This document shows positions 8,761 to 19,315 of a DNA stretch of 60,190 nucleotides, one piece after another. Both the position numbers and the translations under genes were made by a program. Numbering within the stretch: the stretch's first letter is position 1; each line of letters opens with the position of its first letter. The stretch lies in NCBI GenBank assembly GCA_944363925.1, contig CALVVS010000002.1, positions 1 through 60,190 on the forward strand. The letters are read 5' to 3'. Source of the DNA: an uncultured Bacilli bacterium. Lineage in GTDB: Bacteria > Bacillota_I > Bacilli_A > RF39 > UBA660. The notes under the pieces are model-generated. The model was given only the letters and a program-made list of their open reading frames with translations. It searched no databases and was not told the origin of the DNA.

Positions 8761-9579
8761 TTATAAAGTCAAAAAATAAACTAAAAGAATAATCGCCCCT
8801 AAAATAATTCTATACCATCCAAACACTTTAAAATCATGTTTCTTAATATAATCCATTAAAAACTTAATAATAAACATCGATGTAATAAAAGCCACCAACA
8901 TACCTACAAGTAATATCGCAAGTTCCATCCCTGTAAAAGCAAATGAAAATTTAATTAATTTCAAAAGTGAAGCCCCAAACATCACCGGAATAGCTAAGAA
9001 AAATGTAAACTCAGCTGCTGCAGTCCTTGAAACTCCTAAAAGTAATGCGCCAACTATCGTTGCCCCAGACCTTGAAGTTCCAGGAAAAATAGCCGCTATC
9101 AATTGAAATATTCCAATCAGTAAAACCGTATTATAACTAAGTTCAGCTAATGAATTAATCTTAGATTTCTTATTTTTATTTTCGATAATAATAAATAAAA
9201 TACCAAATACAATAAGTGCAATAGCTACACATACATAATTATAAAATAATTTTTCAAAAACTTCATCAAATAAAACTCCAACTATTGCCGCCGGAACGCA
9301 AGCAATTATTATCTTTCCCCATAAAGAAATAATATTTTTATCTATCTCTAACTTTCCTTTTTCCTTTTTAAATGGAAAAATCTGCTTCCAAAAAAGTATC
9401 ACCACCGCCATTATCGCTCCAAGTTGAATAACCACCTGAAACATATCATAAAAATCTTTTGACACATCTAACTTAATTAATTCATTAAGTAAAATCATAT
9501 GGCCTGTACTACTAATCGGTAGCCACTCCGTAATTCCCTCGACAATTCCAAAAAATATCGCCTTAATAATCTCCAGCAT
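8761..9579 (-). CDS. uppP: Undecaprenyl-diphosphate phosphatase
   Basis: EWLPISSTGH and PGTSRSGATI motifs; polytopic membrane protein. Confidence 0.92.
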   Translation of the reverse strand: MLEIIKAIFFGIVEGITEWLPISSTGHMILLNELIKLDVSKDFYDMFQVVIQLGAIMAVVILFWKQIFPFKKEKGKLEIDKNIISLWGKIIIACVPAAIVGVLFDEVFEKLFYNYVCVAIALIVFGILFIIIENKNKKSKINSLAELSYNTVLLIGIFQLIAAIFPGTSRSGATIVGALLLGVSRTAAAEFTFFLAIPVMFGASLLKLIKFSFAFTGMELAILLVGMLVAFITSMFIIKFLMDYIKKHDFKVFGWYRIILGAIILLVYFLTL

Positions 9580-9589
9580 TCAATTCCTC

Positions 9590-10024
9590 CTATTTACATT
9601 CTATATTTTCCTTCTCCATTTTATTAAAAAATTTAATCGAATTTTTCTTTAACATAAATTCATCTAAAATATTATCTTTCACCTTAGGTACATCTATATA
9701 ATACTTAAGCTCCCAAACATCCTCTTCATCCTTTGATACCGTTATTTTAATATCTTCGTTAAAAGCATACCTTTCATTAAAACTCGTGCCACTTTCCTTA
9801 ATAACTTCTAAAGTCTTTATGCCATCTTCATCTAAAGCCTCATAAGTTTTAGTAACCACCGCTTTTTTCAAAACATCTTCATTGTCATAAGTTACATCAA
9901 TACTCATCGTATCTTTTATATTCTCACTTTTTTTAGTAAAAACGCAAGTTTTTTCAAAATCTTCATTAGTAACTATGCAGCCTGTCAAACATAAAGCAAA
10001 TATTCCTATTAAAAACTTTTTCAT
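9590..10024 (-). CDS. Putative lipoprotein
   Basis: Lipobox LTGC after a hydrophobic signal (MKKFLIGIFALCLTGC). Confidence 0.6.
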   Translation of the reverse strand: MKKFLIGIFALCLTGCIVTNEDFEKTCVFTKKSENIKDTMSIDVTYDNEDVLKKAVVTKTYEALDEDGIKTLEVIKESGTSFNERYAFNEDIKITVSKDEEDVWELKYYIDVPKVKDNILDEFMLKKNSIKFFNKMEKENIECK

Positions 10025-12186
10025 TTTACACCCGGCTCCAATAAAGATAAAGATACCTTATTCTTATCAAATTTTATCTCATCAACATAACAATCTACGA
10101 TATCCCCAACATTAATAACTTCCATCGGATGTTTGATAAACTTATTAGTAAGTTTAGAAATATGGGCAAGTCCATCATTTTTTAGTCCAATATCGATAAA
10201 AGCTCCAAAAGGTGTCACATTACGCACCGTTCCTTGTAACTTCATCCCAACCTTTAAATCTTCTAAGTGCAAAATATCACTCTTTAAAATTGGTTTTGGC
10301 ATCTCATCACGCGGATCTCTATTTGGCTTCTTCAAAGACTTAATAATGTCCTCTAAAGTATAAATATCAGTTCCTAACTTGCCCGCATATTCCTTAATAT
10401 CAATATCAATACTCTGCATCTTACTAGTTCCAATATCTGAAGTAGAAAGCCCAAGCATATCAAGTAATTTCAAAGTCACATCATAACTCTCAGGGTGAAT
10501 ACTAGTAGAATCTAAAATATTCTTCTCGCCAGTAATCCTTAAAAAACCAACCGCTTGAGTATATGCCTTTAAAGGAAGTAACTTTTTAATCTCTACTCTA
10601 TCTTTAATTTTTCCATGTTCATTACGGTAATTAATTATTTTATCAATACTAGATTTCGTAAGCCCAGATACATACTTCAAAAGCGATACACTAGCCGTAT
10701 TAACATTAACTCCCACATTATTAACTGACTTTTCCACCACAAAATCTAAAGAAGAAGAAAGCTTCTTCGGTGCCACATCGTGCTGATACATCCCAACTCC
10801 AATACTCTCAGGGTCTATCTTAACAAGCTCCGAAAGTGGGTCCTGTAACCTTCTTGCAATACTTATCGCACTCCTCTGTTCTACATGTAGTGTTGGAAAT
10901 TCACTTATCGCAAGCTTGCTAGCCGAATAAACTGAAGCCCCTGCTTCACTAACCAAAATATATTCGCACTTATGCTTAGCCTCCTTTATCACATCAGCCA
11001 CAAAAGCCTCACTCTCACGGGAAGCGGTACCATTGCCAATCGCAATTATATCTATCTTATATTTATCAATCAAATCAAGTAAAACTTTTTTACTTTGCTC
11101 TTTTTCATTTTTAGGTTCATGCGGATAAATAACTTTAATATCCAGCATTTTTCCCGTATTATCAACTACCGCTAACTTACAGCCAGTCCTATAAGCCGGG
11201 TCAAAACCTAAAACCATCTTATCTTTCATCGGCGATTGCATTAATAATTTTTCCAAATTTAAGCTAAAATTACGCGTGGCCTCATCTTCCGCCTTTTCTG
11301 TAAGCTCACTTCTAATTTCTCTTTCTATTGACGGTCCAATTAACCTTTTATAACTATCGCAAATAGCCTCCTCTATTACATAATTAAAAGGAGCTTCTTT
11401 TTTAATAATTTTCTCTTTTAAATAAGCTATAATCTTATCCTTATCAATATCCAAACCAACAGAAATAACCTTCTCTTTTTCAGCGCGATTAATTGCCATT
11501 ACTCTGTAAGGCTTCGCAAAACGAACCTTTTCAGCAAAATCATAATACATCTCATAAACCTTGCTTTCATCAAGTGCATTTTTCTTTAATTTAGTCCTAA
11601 GTACACCCTCGTTAAAAGTATACCTTCTAATCCATTTTCTATAAGCCGCATTATCACTTATCCACTCGGCAATAATATAACCTGCCCCCTCTATAGCCTC
11701 CTCTTTAGTTTTCACATTTTCATTTAAAAACTTCTTTGTTAATTCCTCCAAAGAAACATTTGAAACAAATGACATAATTATCTTAGCTAAAGGCTCCAAA
11801 CCATTTTTAATCGCCTCTGTAGCCTTAGTCTTCTTCTTTTCCTTAAATGGTCTATATAAATCTTCTACCTCAACTAACTTACTAGCCTTCATTATCTGGG
11901 ACTTTAAATCATCTGTAAGTAAACCTTTCTCATCGATAAGCCTAATTACATCTTCTTTTCTCTTAAGTAAATTAACCTCATATTCATAAACTTCACTAAT
12001 TTTTCTAATCTGTTCTTCATCTAAATTACCCGTAACTTCCTTACGGTATCTTGCGATAAAAGGAATAGTATTTCCTTCTTCTAATAAATGTAAAGTTTTG
12101 GAAACCTGAATTTCCTTAACTTTTAAATCATTACTTATATTCTTAATTATATCTTCGTTCATAATTATCTCACTTTCTAAAAGCAT
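10021..12186 (-). CDS. tex: Tex-like RNA-binding transcription accessory protein
   Basis: N-terminal IPFIARYRKE, a central YqgF-like region, and a C-terminal S1 domain (GTVRNVTPFGAFIDIG). The true start may be ATG at 12162. Confidence 0.9.
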   Translation of the reverse strand: MLLESEIIMNEDIIKNISNDLKVKEIQVSKTLHLLEEGNTIPFIARYRKEVTGNLDEEQIRKISEVYEYEVNLLKRKEDVIRLIDEKGLLTDDLKSQIMKASKLVEVEDLYRPFKEKKKTKATEAIKNGLEPLAKIIMSFVSNVSLEELTKKFLNENVKTKEEAIEGAGYIIAEWISDNAAYRKWIRRYTFNEGVLRTKLKKNALDESKVYEMYYDFAEKVRFAKPYRVMAINRAEKEKVISVGLDIDKDKIIAYLKEKIIKKEAPFNYVIEEAICDSYKRLIGPSIEREIRSELTEKAEDEATRNFSLNLEKLLMQSPMKDKMVLGFDPAYRTGCKLAVVDNTGKMLDIKVIYPHEPKNEKEQSKKVLLDLIDKYKIDIIAIGNGTASRESEAFVADVIKEAKHKCEYILVSEAGASVYSASKLAISEFPTLHVEQRSAISIARRLQDPLSELVKIDPESIGVGMYQHDVAPKKLSSSLDFVVEKSVNNVGVNVNTASVSLLKYVSGLTKSSIDKIINYRNEHGKIKDRVEIKKLLPLKAYTQAVGFLRITGEKNILDSTSIHPESYDVTLKLLDMLGLSTSDIGTSKMQSIDIDIKEYAGKLGTDIYTLEDIIKSLKKPNRDPRDEMPKPILKSDILHLEDLKVGMKLQGTVRNVTPFGAFIDIGLKNDGLAHISKLTNKFIKHPMEVINVGDIVDCYVDEIKFDKNKVSLSLLEPGVK

Positions 12187-12213
12187 TATACATGGAAAAA
12201 AGAACCTTGTAAA

Positions 12214-13437
12214 TCATTTATTCAAATACTTTTTTCCAACTTTACTATCCATTAAAGATGCCTTCTTAATCACCTTAAAACCATATTTTTCCTTAAGTTC
12301 ATCAACCGTCTTCTCAAGTTCATTGTTATCCTCACGCACCTTCAAATCTTCGAATAAAGAAACCTGATGACTAGAAGTATCCGATAATTTATCTAACCTA
12401 ACTCCAATTAATCTAACCCCATCTTCTACACTCATCTCACTTAAAATCGCGCATGCCACCTTGTATATTTCTTCTGTTAAATTAGTCGCATTTACTAATT
12501 TTTTTTGATGACTAACCCTCTTAAAAAATTTATCTTTCAAAGTAACAACAATCACCGAAGCATATTTTTTTTGTTTTCTAAGCCTTATAGCCACATTTTC
12601 TGAAAGTGCTAATAAATAAGGTTCTAACTCTTCCCTAGAAGAAATATTCCGGCTAAGTGTCGTCTCATTACCAATACCTTTGGGCACGGCCTCTTCACTT
12701 ATAACTACATCAGAGCCTTTTCCATTAGCCGCTTCAATCATATCTATCGCTTGGTTCTTAAAATGCATATATAAAAACTTACTATCAGCATGCGCTAAAT
12801 CATATATTGTATTAATATTCAAATTATGAAGTTTAATCGCTGTCTTCTTACCAATTCCAAATAAATCATCCACCTTAAGTGGCCACATTTTTTTAGAAAC
12901 CTCATCTTCAAATAATGTATGTACCTTGTAAGGTTTTGAAAAATCAGAAGCCATCTTCGCACATAACTTATTATTACCAATTCCTATATTAACCGTAAAA
13001 CCTAAAGTATCAAAAATTTCCTTCTTTAACCTAAAAGCAAACTCCACTTCATCACCATATAAATGCTTAACCGGTGTATAATCTAAAAAACACTCATCAA
13101 TACTCATTTGCTCTATATCAGGTGAATACTTTCTTATCAAATCAAGCATCCTATCACTCATTTTCTTATAAAAATTGTAATTTGGTGGATAAACCTTTAA
13201 ATTAGGACATTTCTTTTTCGCACTATAAATTGTCTCAGCTGTCACAACTCCTCTTTTTTTAGCTGGCATCGATTTAGCTAAAACAATTCCATGCCGAGAA
13301 GCTTCATCACCACCTATAATCGCATAAGTTTTCCTAATATCTATATTACTTCCATTTTTTAAATATAAAATAGCCGTCCATGACAAAAAAGCATTATTAA
13401 CATCAATATGCATAATAATTTTCTTCATGAACATCAC
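12214..13437 (-). CDS. dinB: DNA polymerase IV (Y-family)
   Basis: HIDVNNAFLS, SIDECFLD and GIGNNKLCAKMASD motifs. Confidence 0.9.
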   Translation of the reverse strand: MMFMKKIIMHIDVNNAFLSWTAILYLKNGSNIDIRKTYAIIGGDEASRHGIVLAKSMPAKKRGVVTAETIYSAKKKCPNLKVYPPNYNFYKKMSDRMLDLIRKYSPDIEQMSIDECFLDYTPVKHLYGDEVEFAFRLKKEIFDTLGFTVNIGIGNNKLCAKMASDFSKPYKVHTLFEDEVSKKMWPLKVDDLFGIGKKTAIKLHNLNINTIYDLAHADSKFLYMHFKNQAIDMIEAANGKGSDVVISEEAVPKGIGNETTLSRNISSREELEPYLLALSENVAIRLRKQKKYASVIVVTLKDKFFKRVSHQKKLVNATNLTEEIYKVACAILSEMSVEDGVRLIGVRLDKLSDTSSHQVSLFEDLKVREDNNELEKTVDELKEKYGFKVIKKASLMDSKVGKKYLNK

Positions 13438-13594
13438 CCATAATTATTATATCACGAACATTAATTCGGAAAAACCCTAAAATAATAGATAAAACATATT
13501 GTAAATTATATAACTATTTGTTATACTTATATCAAGGAATATTCAATATAAGTTGGGTGTGCCAATTCTCATAAAAGAATTGGAGGTGATGCTT

Positions 13595-13672
13595 ATGACC
13601 AAAAGAGAAAAAACTCTTTACGCCATAATATCCCTTCTATTTGTCTTAATATTTATTATATTATTCAAATAG
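13595..13672 (+). CDS. 25-aa hydrophobic peptide, candidate type I toxin (copy 1)
   Basis: MTKREKTLYAIISLLFVLIFIILFK. GGAGGTGA SD partly buried in the hairpin CCAATTCT/AGAATTGG. Upstream TTGTAA-17nt-TATACT promoter. Confidence 0.55.
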   Translation: MTKREKTLYAIISLLFVLIFIILFK

Positions 13673-13784
13673 AAAAAAACACCTAACTTAAGCAACCGCT
13701 TGATTTAGGTGTACCCAAACAATTGGTACATTCAACATCGCGAATTGAACGTTCCTTTTTTATTTTATGAGATTTCTCCCATCT
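13673..13784 (-). ncRNA. Candidate antisense/convergent small RNA (antitoxin-like), copy 1
   Basis: Minus-strand promoter TTGTCA (13819-13814), 17-nt spacer, TATTAT (13796-13791). Minus-strand terminator: stem ACACCTAA/TTAGGTGT plus T7 (13712-13673), ending at the toxin stop codon. Confidence 0.5.
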
Positions 13785-13946
13785 ATATACATAATATCAT
13801 ATTTTTAAACTTTTGACAAATATATTTTATAACAAAAAGTAACAAAAACGTTGTACCTTATGTCACCATTTGTTATACTTATATTAGGGAATATTCAATA
13901 TAAGTTGGGTGCGCCAATTCTCATAAAAGAATTGGAGGTGATGCTT

Positions 13947-14024
13947 ATGACAAAAAGAGAAAAAGCTCTTTACGCCATAATATCCCTTCTATTTGTCTTA
14001 ATATTTATTATATTATTCAAATAG
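13947..14024 (+). CDS. 25-aa hydrophobic peptide, candidate type I toxin (copy 2)
   Basis: MTKREKALYAIISLLFVLIFIILFK, with the same SD-sequestering hairpin. Promoter TTGTAC-17nt-TATACT. Confidence 0.55.
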   Translation: MTKREKALYAIISLLFVLIFIILFK

Positions 14025-14137
14025 AAAAAAACACCTAACTTAAGCAACCGCTTGATTTAGGTGTCCAAACCATTTTGGTACATCCAACATGCGAGTATTG
14101 AATATTCCTTTTTTATTATATGAGATTTCTCTCATCT
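14025..14137 (-). ncRNA. Candidate convergent small RNA, copy 2
   Basis: Minus-strand TTGCCT (14172-14167), 17 nt, TATCAT (14149-14144). Terminator hairpin plus T7 at 14064-14025. Confidence 0.45.
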
Positions 14138-14174
14138 ATATACATGATATCACATTTTTAACTTTAAGGCAACC

Positions 14175-14720
14175 TTATCCTCTACTGCCACGATAATATT
14201 TTCCATAAGTAAATTTATCTCTTGCTAAAAAAGAATAAACTGATGTTTGAACAACATTATTAGCTAAAGTCTTAAGCTTATCTCCGCCTTTAACCGCATC
14301 TACCATAACCTTATATAGCCCAAGTCTCTTTGCAAAAATCATATCCAAATAAAATGAATCTCCAACCATCATAGTTATTTCAGGTTTAGAAATACCATTA
14401 AATAAAATATTATTAACTAGTACAAAATCACCGTTAAACGGTTTCTTAGCTCCAGCCACAAAATTAACATTTAACTCTCTAGCAACCGGCTCAACCCTCT
14501 TATAAGAACCACTTGAATAAAGTCCCGGCATAATACCAATACATTTAATATGATTAAATAATTCCGTCAATTTACTTGGAACCTTCTTATCATCAAATGG
14601 TAAAATTGTACAGTCCACATCAAAAACTGCAAATTTAATACCATTTTCATATAATTTCATATAATCTATATCATAAACACTTTTTTCATAAGTATCCGGA
14701 ATTAACTTTTCTAGCTCCAT
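14175..14720 (-). CDS. HAD-IIIA family phosphatase (YqeG-like)
   Basis: FDVDCT DxD-type motif and a later GDS..LD motif; size about 180 aa. Confidence 0.7.
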   Translation of the reverse strand: MELEKLIPDTYEKSVYDIDYMKLYENGIKFAVFDVDCTILPFDDKKVPSKLTELFNHIKCIGIMPGLYSSGSYKRVEPVARELNVNFVAGAKKPFNGDFVLVNNILFNGISKPEITMMVGDSFYLDMIFAKRLGLYKVMVDAVKGGDKLKTLANNVVQTSVYSFLARDKFTYGKYYRGSRG

Positions 14721-14782
14721 GTTGTTTCACCTCTCAAGTGTATAACATTATACACGCATTAGTAAAAGATGTCAAAATTACG

Positions 14783-15658
14783 CTATTTAGACATCTTTTT
14801 AATATAATCTAAAACCTCATTTTCCGTTTTACTAAAATCATCATAATTTGTCTCAAACCATTTAAGCTCCATCTTATTTCTAAACCATGTATATTGTCTT
14901 TTCGCATACCTTCTACTTTTACTTTTAATAAGTTCTATAGCTTCTTCCAAACTACACTTACCATCAAAATAATCAAATAATTCTTTAGGTCCAATCGGCG
15001 TCATCACCGCTTTACTTCTAATTCCTAAATCATATACTTCTCTTGCCTCTTCTATAAGCCCTTCAGAAACCATCTTATCCACTCTTTTATTTATCTTATA
15101 ATATAAAATATCTCTGTCAGTCGTAAGTCCAATAAATAAAGTATCATAAAGAAGTTTAAAATCTTTCTCTTTTTCACTGTAAGGTGTTCCGTTAGCCTTA
15201 TAATAATTCAAAGCATTTATAATTCTAACCCTGTTATTCAAATGAATATTAGTATTTGGGTCGACCGAAAGTAACATCTGATAAAGTTCATCATTACTAA
15301 GACCTTCATACTCTTCATTAGCCCTTGAAGGAAACTTATAATCGTATAAAACCGCGTTAATATAAAGCCCTGTTCCGCCAACTAATATCGGCACCTTACC
15401 TCTAGCTAAAATATCGTCAATTATCTTTCTAGCATCCTTCTGATAATCAAATACACTGTAATCTTCCCTTAAATCTTTCTCGTCAAACAAATAGTGTTTA
15501 ACACCCTCAGTATCCTTAATCTTATTAGTCGCAATATCTAAACCTTTATAAATTTGCGTACTATCCGCATTAATAATCTCGCCGCCAAGTTTATGTGCTA
15601 AAAACAAACTTAAATCACTCTTTCCAACCGCCGTTGGACCAGTAATTACAATTACCAT
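14783..15658 (-). CDS. miaA: tRNA dimethylallyltransferase
   Basis: GPTAVGKS P-loop, DSTQIYKGLDI, GGTGLY. Confidence 0.92.
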   Translation of the reverse strand: MVIVITGPTAVGKSDLSLFLAHKLGGEIINADSTQIYKGLDIATNKIKDTEGVKHYLFDEKDLREDYSVFDYQKDARKIIDDILARGKVPILVGGTGLYINAVLYDYKFPSRANEEYEGLSNDELYQMLLSVDPNTNIHLNNRVRIINALNYYKANGTPYSEKEKDFKLLYDTLFIGLTTDRDILYYKINKRVDKMVSEGLIEEAREVYDLGIRSKAVMTPIGPKELFDYFDGKCSLEEAIELIKSKSRRYAKRQYTWFRNKMELKWFETNYDDFSKTENEVLDYIKKMSK

Positions 15659-15667
15659 ATCATCACC

Positions 15668-16693
15668 TTACTTTATCAGCATACTATCGCCAAATGAAAA
15701 AAATCGGTATCTTTTTTCAACAGCCTCTTGATAAGCCTTCATAATATTTTCTTTACCCGCAAGCGCACTAACCAGCATCACTAACGTCGACTTCGGTAAA
15801 TGAAAATTCGTAATCAAATAATCTATCCCTTTAAACTCATAACCAGGATAAATAAAAATATCCGTCCAGCCTGAGCATCCCTTAAACTTGCCATATAAAC
15901 TCGCAATCGTCTCTAAAGTTCTCGTTGAAGTCGTTCCTACCGCAATAATTTTATGACCTTCTTCTTTAGTCTTATTAAGTAAACTCGCAACCTCGTCACT
16001 CATTATATAATATTCACTATGCATCTTATGTTTCTCCACATCCGAAACACTAACCGGTCTAAAAGTCCCAAGCCCAACATGTAAAGTAATATACGCAATA
16101 TTTACACCCTTATCTTTAATCTTACGAAGAAGCTCCTCTGTAAAATGTAAACCAGCTGTCGGTGCAGCCGCACTTCCAATATTTTTCGCATAAACCGTCT
16201 GATAACGATTTTTATCCTCTAATTTCTCGTGAATATAAGGTGGTAAAGGCATCTCACCAAGCTCATCTAAAATTTCATATAAAATACCTTTGTATTCAAG
16301 TTTAAAATGTCTAATTCCCTCATCTAAAACCTTAATACATCTAGCCTTAAGCTTGCCATCTCCAAAAGAAATAACAGTACCCTCTTTAATTCTTTTAGCC
16401 GGCCTCGTCAAACACTCAAAACAATTATTGCCATCATCTTTTAAAAGTAAAACTTCCACTAAAGCTCCAGTTTCTTCCTTAACTCCATAAAGACGAGCGG
16501 GCATAACCTTCGTATCATTTAAAACTAAAGTGTCGCCTTTTTCCATATAATCTATTATATCCGTAAAATGCCTATGACTAATATCACCCGTTTTTTTATC
16601 TAAAACAAGCAACTTAGAAGCATCACGTTTAGAAAGAGGAGTTTGTGCGATAAGCTCCTCTGGTAAATAAAAATCAAAATCATCTGTCTTCAT
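15668..16693 (-). CDS. queA: S-adenosylmethionine:tRNA ribosyltransferase-isomerase
   Basis: [16 protein letters not shown]-terminus, [16 protein letters not shown]. Confidence 0.95.
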   Translation of the reverse strand: MKTDDFDFYLPEELIAQTPLSKRDASKLLVLDKKTGDISHRHFTDIIDYMEKGDTLVLNDTKVMPARLYGVKEETGALVEVLLLKDDGNNCFECLTRPAKRIKEGTVISFGDGKLKARCIKVLDEGIRHFKLEYKGILYEILDELGEMPLPPYIHEKLEDKNRYQTVYAKNIGSAAAPTAGLHFTEELLRKIKDKGVNIAYITLHVGLGTFRPVSVSDVEKHKMHSEYYIMSDEVASLLNKTKEEGHKIIAVGTTSTRTLETIASLYGKFKGCSGWTDIFIYPGYEFKGIDYLITNFHLPKSTLVMLVSALAGKENIMKAYQEAVEKRYRFFSFGDSMLIK

Positions 16694-16704
16694 TAAATCA
16701 CCTT

Positions 16705-17706
16705 CTAAAATAAAGTATCTTGCTTATTTTTCTTTAAATAACTGTAAGCCTTTTCGGTAACCATCCTTCCCCTACTTGTCCTTTTTAAAAAACCATTTTG
16801 AAGTAAATAAGGCTCATAAACATCCTCAATCGTCGAAGCCTCCTCACCAATACTAGACGCAAGCGCATCAATTCCAACCGGACCACCATTAAACTTTTCA
16901 ATAATGGAATTAAGTAAATTATAATCCGTCGCATCAAGACCAAAAGCATCCACCTTAAGTTTATCTAAAGCCATCTTGGTAATATCTAAATCTATATTGC
17001 CATCGCCCATAACTAATGCATAATCGCGAACCCTTTTAAAAAGCCTGTTCGCAATACGGGGCGTCCCTCTACTTCTTTTAGCAAGTTCCAAAGCTGCCTC
17101 TTCATTAATCGGTGATTTCAAAACTCTACTAGTTCTAAGTACAATCTGTTTAAGCTCATCTTCCGTATAAAAATTAAGCTTAGAGACAATTCCAAATCTA
17201 TCGCGAAGTGGCCCTGTTAAATCGCCAGCTCTCGTTGTCGCTCCAACTAACGTAAAAGGAGGCAAATCAATCGTAATATTTCGGCTAGAAGCATCTGAAC
17301 CCACAATAATATCTAACTTAAAATCTTCCATTGCCGAATAAAGTATCTCTTCGATAAATCTAGGTATCCTATGAATTTCATCAATAAATAAAACATCGCC
17401 GGGCTCTAAAGTCGAAAGGACCGCTGCTAAATCACCACTTTTTTCAATCGCCGGACCACTAGTCGTCTTAATATTACTGCCCATTTCATTCGCAATAATA
17501 TAAGCCATCGTTGTCTTACCAAGTCCTGGTGGGCCATATAAAAGTACATGGTCCAAAGCCTCACCGCGCATCCGCGCCGCCTTCATAAAAATACTTAAAT
17601 TCTCTTTCAGCTCTGATTGACCAATATACTCATCAATACTATCCGGTCTAATTGAAGTTTCAAAAACATCTTCGCCCATCTCTTCGCCGCTAACTAACCT
17701 TGCCAT
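16705..17706 (-). CDS. ruvB: Holliday junction branch migration helicase RuvB
   Basis: [29 protein letters not shown]. Confidence 0.96.
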   Translation of the reverse strand: MARLVSGEEMGEDVFETSIRPDSIDEYIGQSELKENLSIFMKAARMRGEALDHVLLYGPPGLGKTTMAYIIANEMGSNIKTTSGPAIEKSGDLAAVLSTLEPGDVLFIDEIHRIPRFIEEILYSAMEDFKLDIIVGSDASSRNITIDLPPFTLVGATTRAGDLTGPLRDRFGIVSKLNFYTEDELKQIVLRTSRVLKSPINEEAALELAKRSRGTPRIANRLFKRVRDYALVMGDGNIDLDITKMALDKLKVDAFGLDATDYNLLNSIIEKFNGGPVGIDALASSIGEEASTIEDVYEPYLLQNGFLKRTSRGRMVTEKAYSYLKKNKQDTLF

Positions 17707-17717
17707 CTAATCACCTC

Positions 17718-18269
17718 CTATTTTAAAAGCAATTTCAAAGCCTCTTTTATCTGATTTTCGATATCTAAAGAACTATCAATCTTCTTTATAACCTTGTTAA
17801 TATCTGCTGCCTTATATCCTAAACTGCGTAAAGCTTCTACTAACTCATCATTAACTTGCAAAGCGCCCTCATCGCTCTTCGTAAGTTTACCTTTCAAATC
17901 TAAAATAATTTGTCTAGCCACTTTATCACCAATCTTCGGAAACTTTTTCAAATATAAAATATTTTCTCTTTCTATTGCATCGATAATTCCCTCCGGTGAC
18001 CCTAACGCCAACATCGGTAAAGCCATCTTGCACCCAAGTCCTTTAACCGACGTTAACCTTAAAAAAAGCTTTTTCTCATCTAAAGATTTAAAACCATATA
18101 AAGTTATCTCATCTTCTCTCACATGTTGATATAAATAAACCGTATACTCCTTATCTAGCTCAAAAGAATAAGGACTAGCTGTATAAACCAAATAACCTAC
18201 TCCGTTATTATCGACAACTATATAATCACTCTCTATTTCCTTAATAAACCCTTTTACATATGCATACAT
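17718..18269 (-). CDS. ruvA: Holliday junction DNA-binding protein RuvA
   Basis: MYAYVKG... OB fold N-terminus and HhH motifs (VKGLGCKMA, FPKIGDKVARQI). Confidence 0.9.
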   Translation of the reverse strand: MYAYVKGFIKEIESDYIVVDNNGVGYLVYTASPYSFELDKEYTVYLYQHVREDEITLYGFKSLDEKKLFLRLTSVKGLGCKMALPMLALGSPEGIIDAIERENILYLKKFPKIGDKVARQIILDLKGKLTKSDEGALQVNDELVEALRSLGYKAADINKVIKKIDSSLDIENQIKEALKLLLK

Positions 18270-18331
18270 AATAAACCACCTATTTAATTATAACACGAAC
18301 ACTCGTTTTTTAAAATAAAAAGCCAACCGAA

Positions 18332-18640
18332 TTAAAATTTCCGATTGACAAACTTAGAAAACATAAGTCCTAAGAAAATCATATACACAAGTACATATAA
18401 AAACATTATAATATCGTTAAAAGTTCCAAAATCAAATGAATTTAAAATAGCCGGTATACTCTCTGGAATAAAATCAAAAAAACCAAAAGCATTATCTTTA
18501 ATAATATAAGTTTTTAAATATGTAACTATTCTAAGAAATATATCAATCATCACAAACGCATATACAAACGCATGAAAATCTTTAAAAAATACAATTATAA
18601 GTATCAATAAAATTATAAGTACAATCACTGGAATTGTCAT
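18332..18640 (-). CDS. Hypothetical small membrane protein
   Basis: 3 predicted TM segments; 4-nt overlap with the upstream ORF. Confidence 0.4.
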   Translation of the reverse strand: MTIPVIVLIILLILIIVFFKDFHAFVYAFVMIDIFLRIVTYLKTYIIKDNAFGFFDFIPESIPAILNSFDFGTFNDIIMFLYVLVYMIFLGLMFSKFVNRKF

Positions 18641-19314
18641 ACTACCCCTCCTATTAAATCATCATAAAATTTACTAAAATCATTAACTTCATCATCATAA
18701 ATATCAATCGTTAAAATTCCACTATTATTTAAACCTCGAAAACTATAATAATTACTTAAATCTAATTTATACATATAAACTTTAGAATTTTTCTCATAAA
18801 CATTTAACATAATATTATAATTATTAGCTAAGCTTAAATCAGCTTCCGTATCATATTCGTATAAATTAATAAACCTTGAAAGTGGAATAATATACTGTCT
18901 ACCACCTTCAATTACATTATAACTCAAATCTGAGATTAAATTATCTATAAAACTAGGTGTTATCTTTAAAACACTCAAATCAAAACCATCTATGACCTTA
19001 GCCTCTCGGTTCAAAATCAAATAAACATTTAAACCATTATAGTAATACCGGTTATTATTATATATAAATTCTAACCTATCATCATAACTATTTCCAAAAA
19101 TAGCCTTTTGATTATCTGTATAAGTAAACTTGTAACTATCTAACTCTGGCTTAGCCTCGTCAGCAATCTGAACAGGCCTAGAATTAACCCTCACAAATAT
19201 AACCACTATAGCTAAAAATATAAACCATAAAATAAGAGTTGTTATAGGCTTAAATTTTGAATCAGCCCGCATTTCCTTAAATTTATTATAATAATCTTTT
19301 ATTTTTCTGCCCAT
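18637..19314 (-). CDS. Hypothetical membrane-anchored protein
   Basis: One N-terminal TM segment (ITTLILWFIFLAIVVIFV); follows fmt with a 1-nt gap. Confidence 0.45.
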   Translation of the reverse strand: MGRKIKDYYNKFKEMRADSKFKPITTLILWFIFLAIVVIFVRVNSRPVQIADEAKPELDSYKFTYTDNQKAIFGNSYDDRLEFIYNNNRYYYNGLNVYLILNREAKVIDGFDLSVLKITPSFIDNLISDLSYNVIEGGRQYIIPLSRFINLYEYDTEADLSLANNYNIMLNVYEKNSKVYMYKLDLSNYYSFRGLNNSGILTIDIYDDEVNDFSKFYDDLIGGVV

Positions 19315-19315
19315 A

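Larger units (their letters stand above)
13517..13812. repeat. Tandem module copy 1 (about 295 bp, period 352 bp)
   Basis: Near-identical to 13869-14163. Includes the promoter, 5' hairpins, the small ORF, and a convergent promoter and terminator. Confidence 0.9.
13869..14163. repeat. Tandem module copy 2
   Basis: See copy 1. The ORF is intact, with one synonymous change and one T7A change. Confidence 0.9.
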
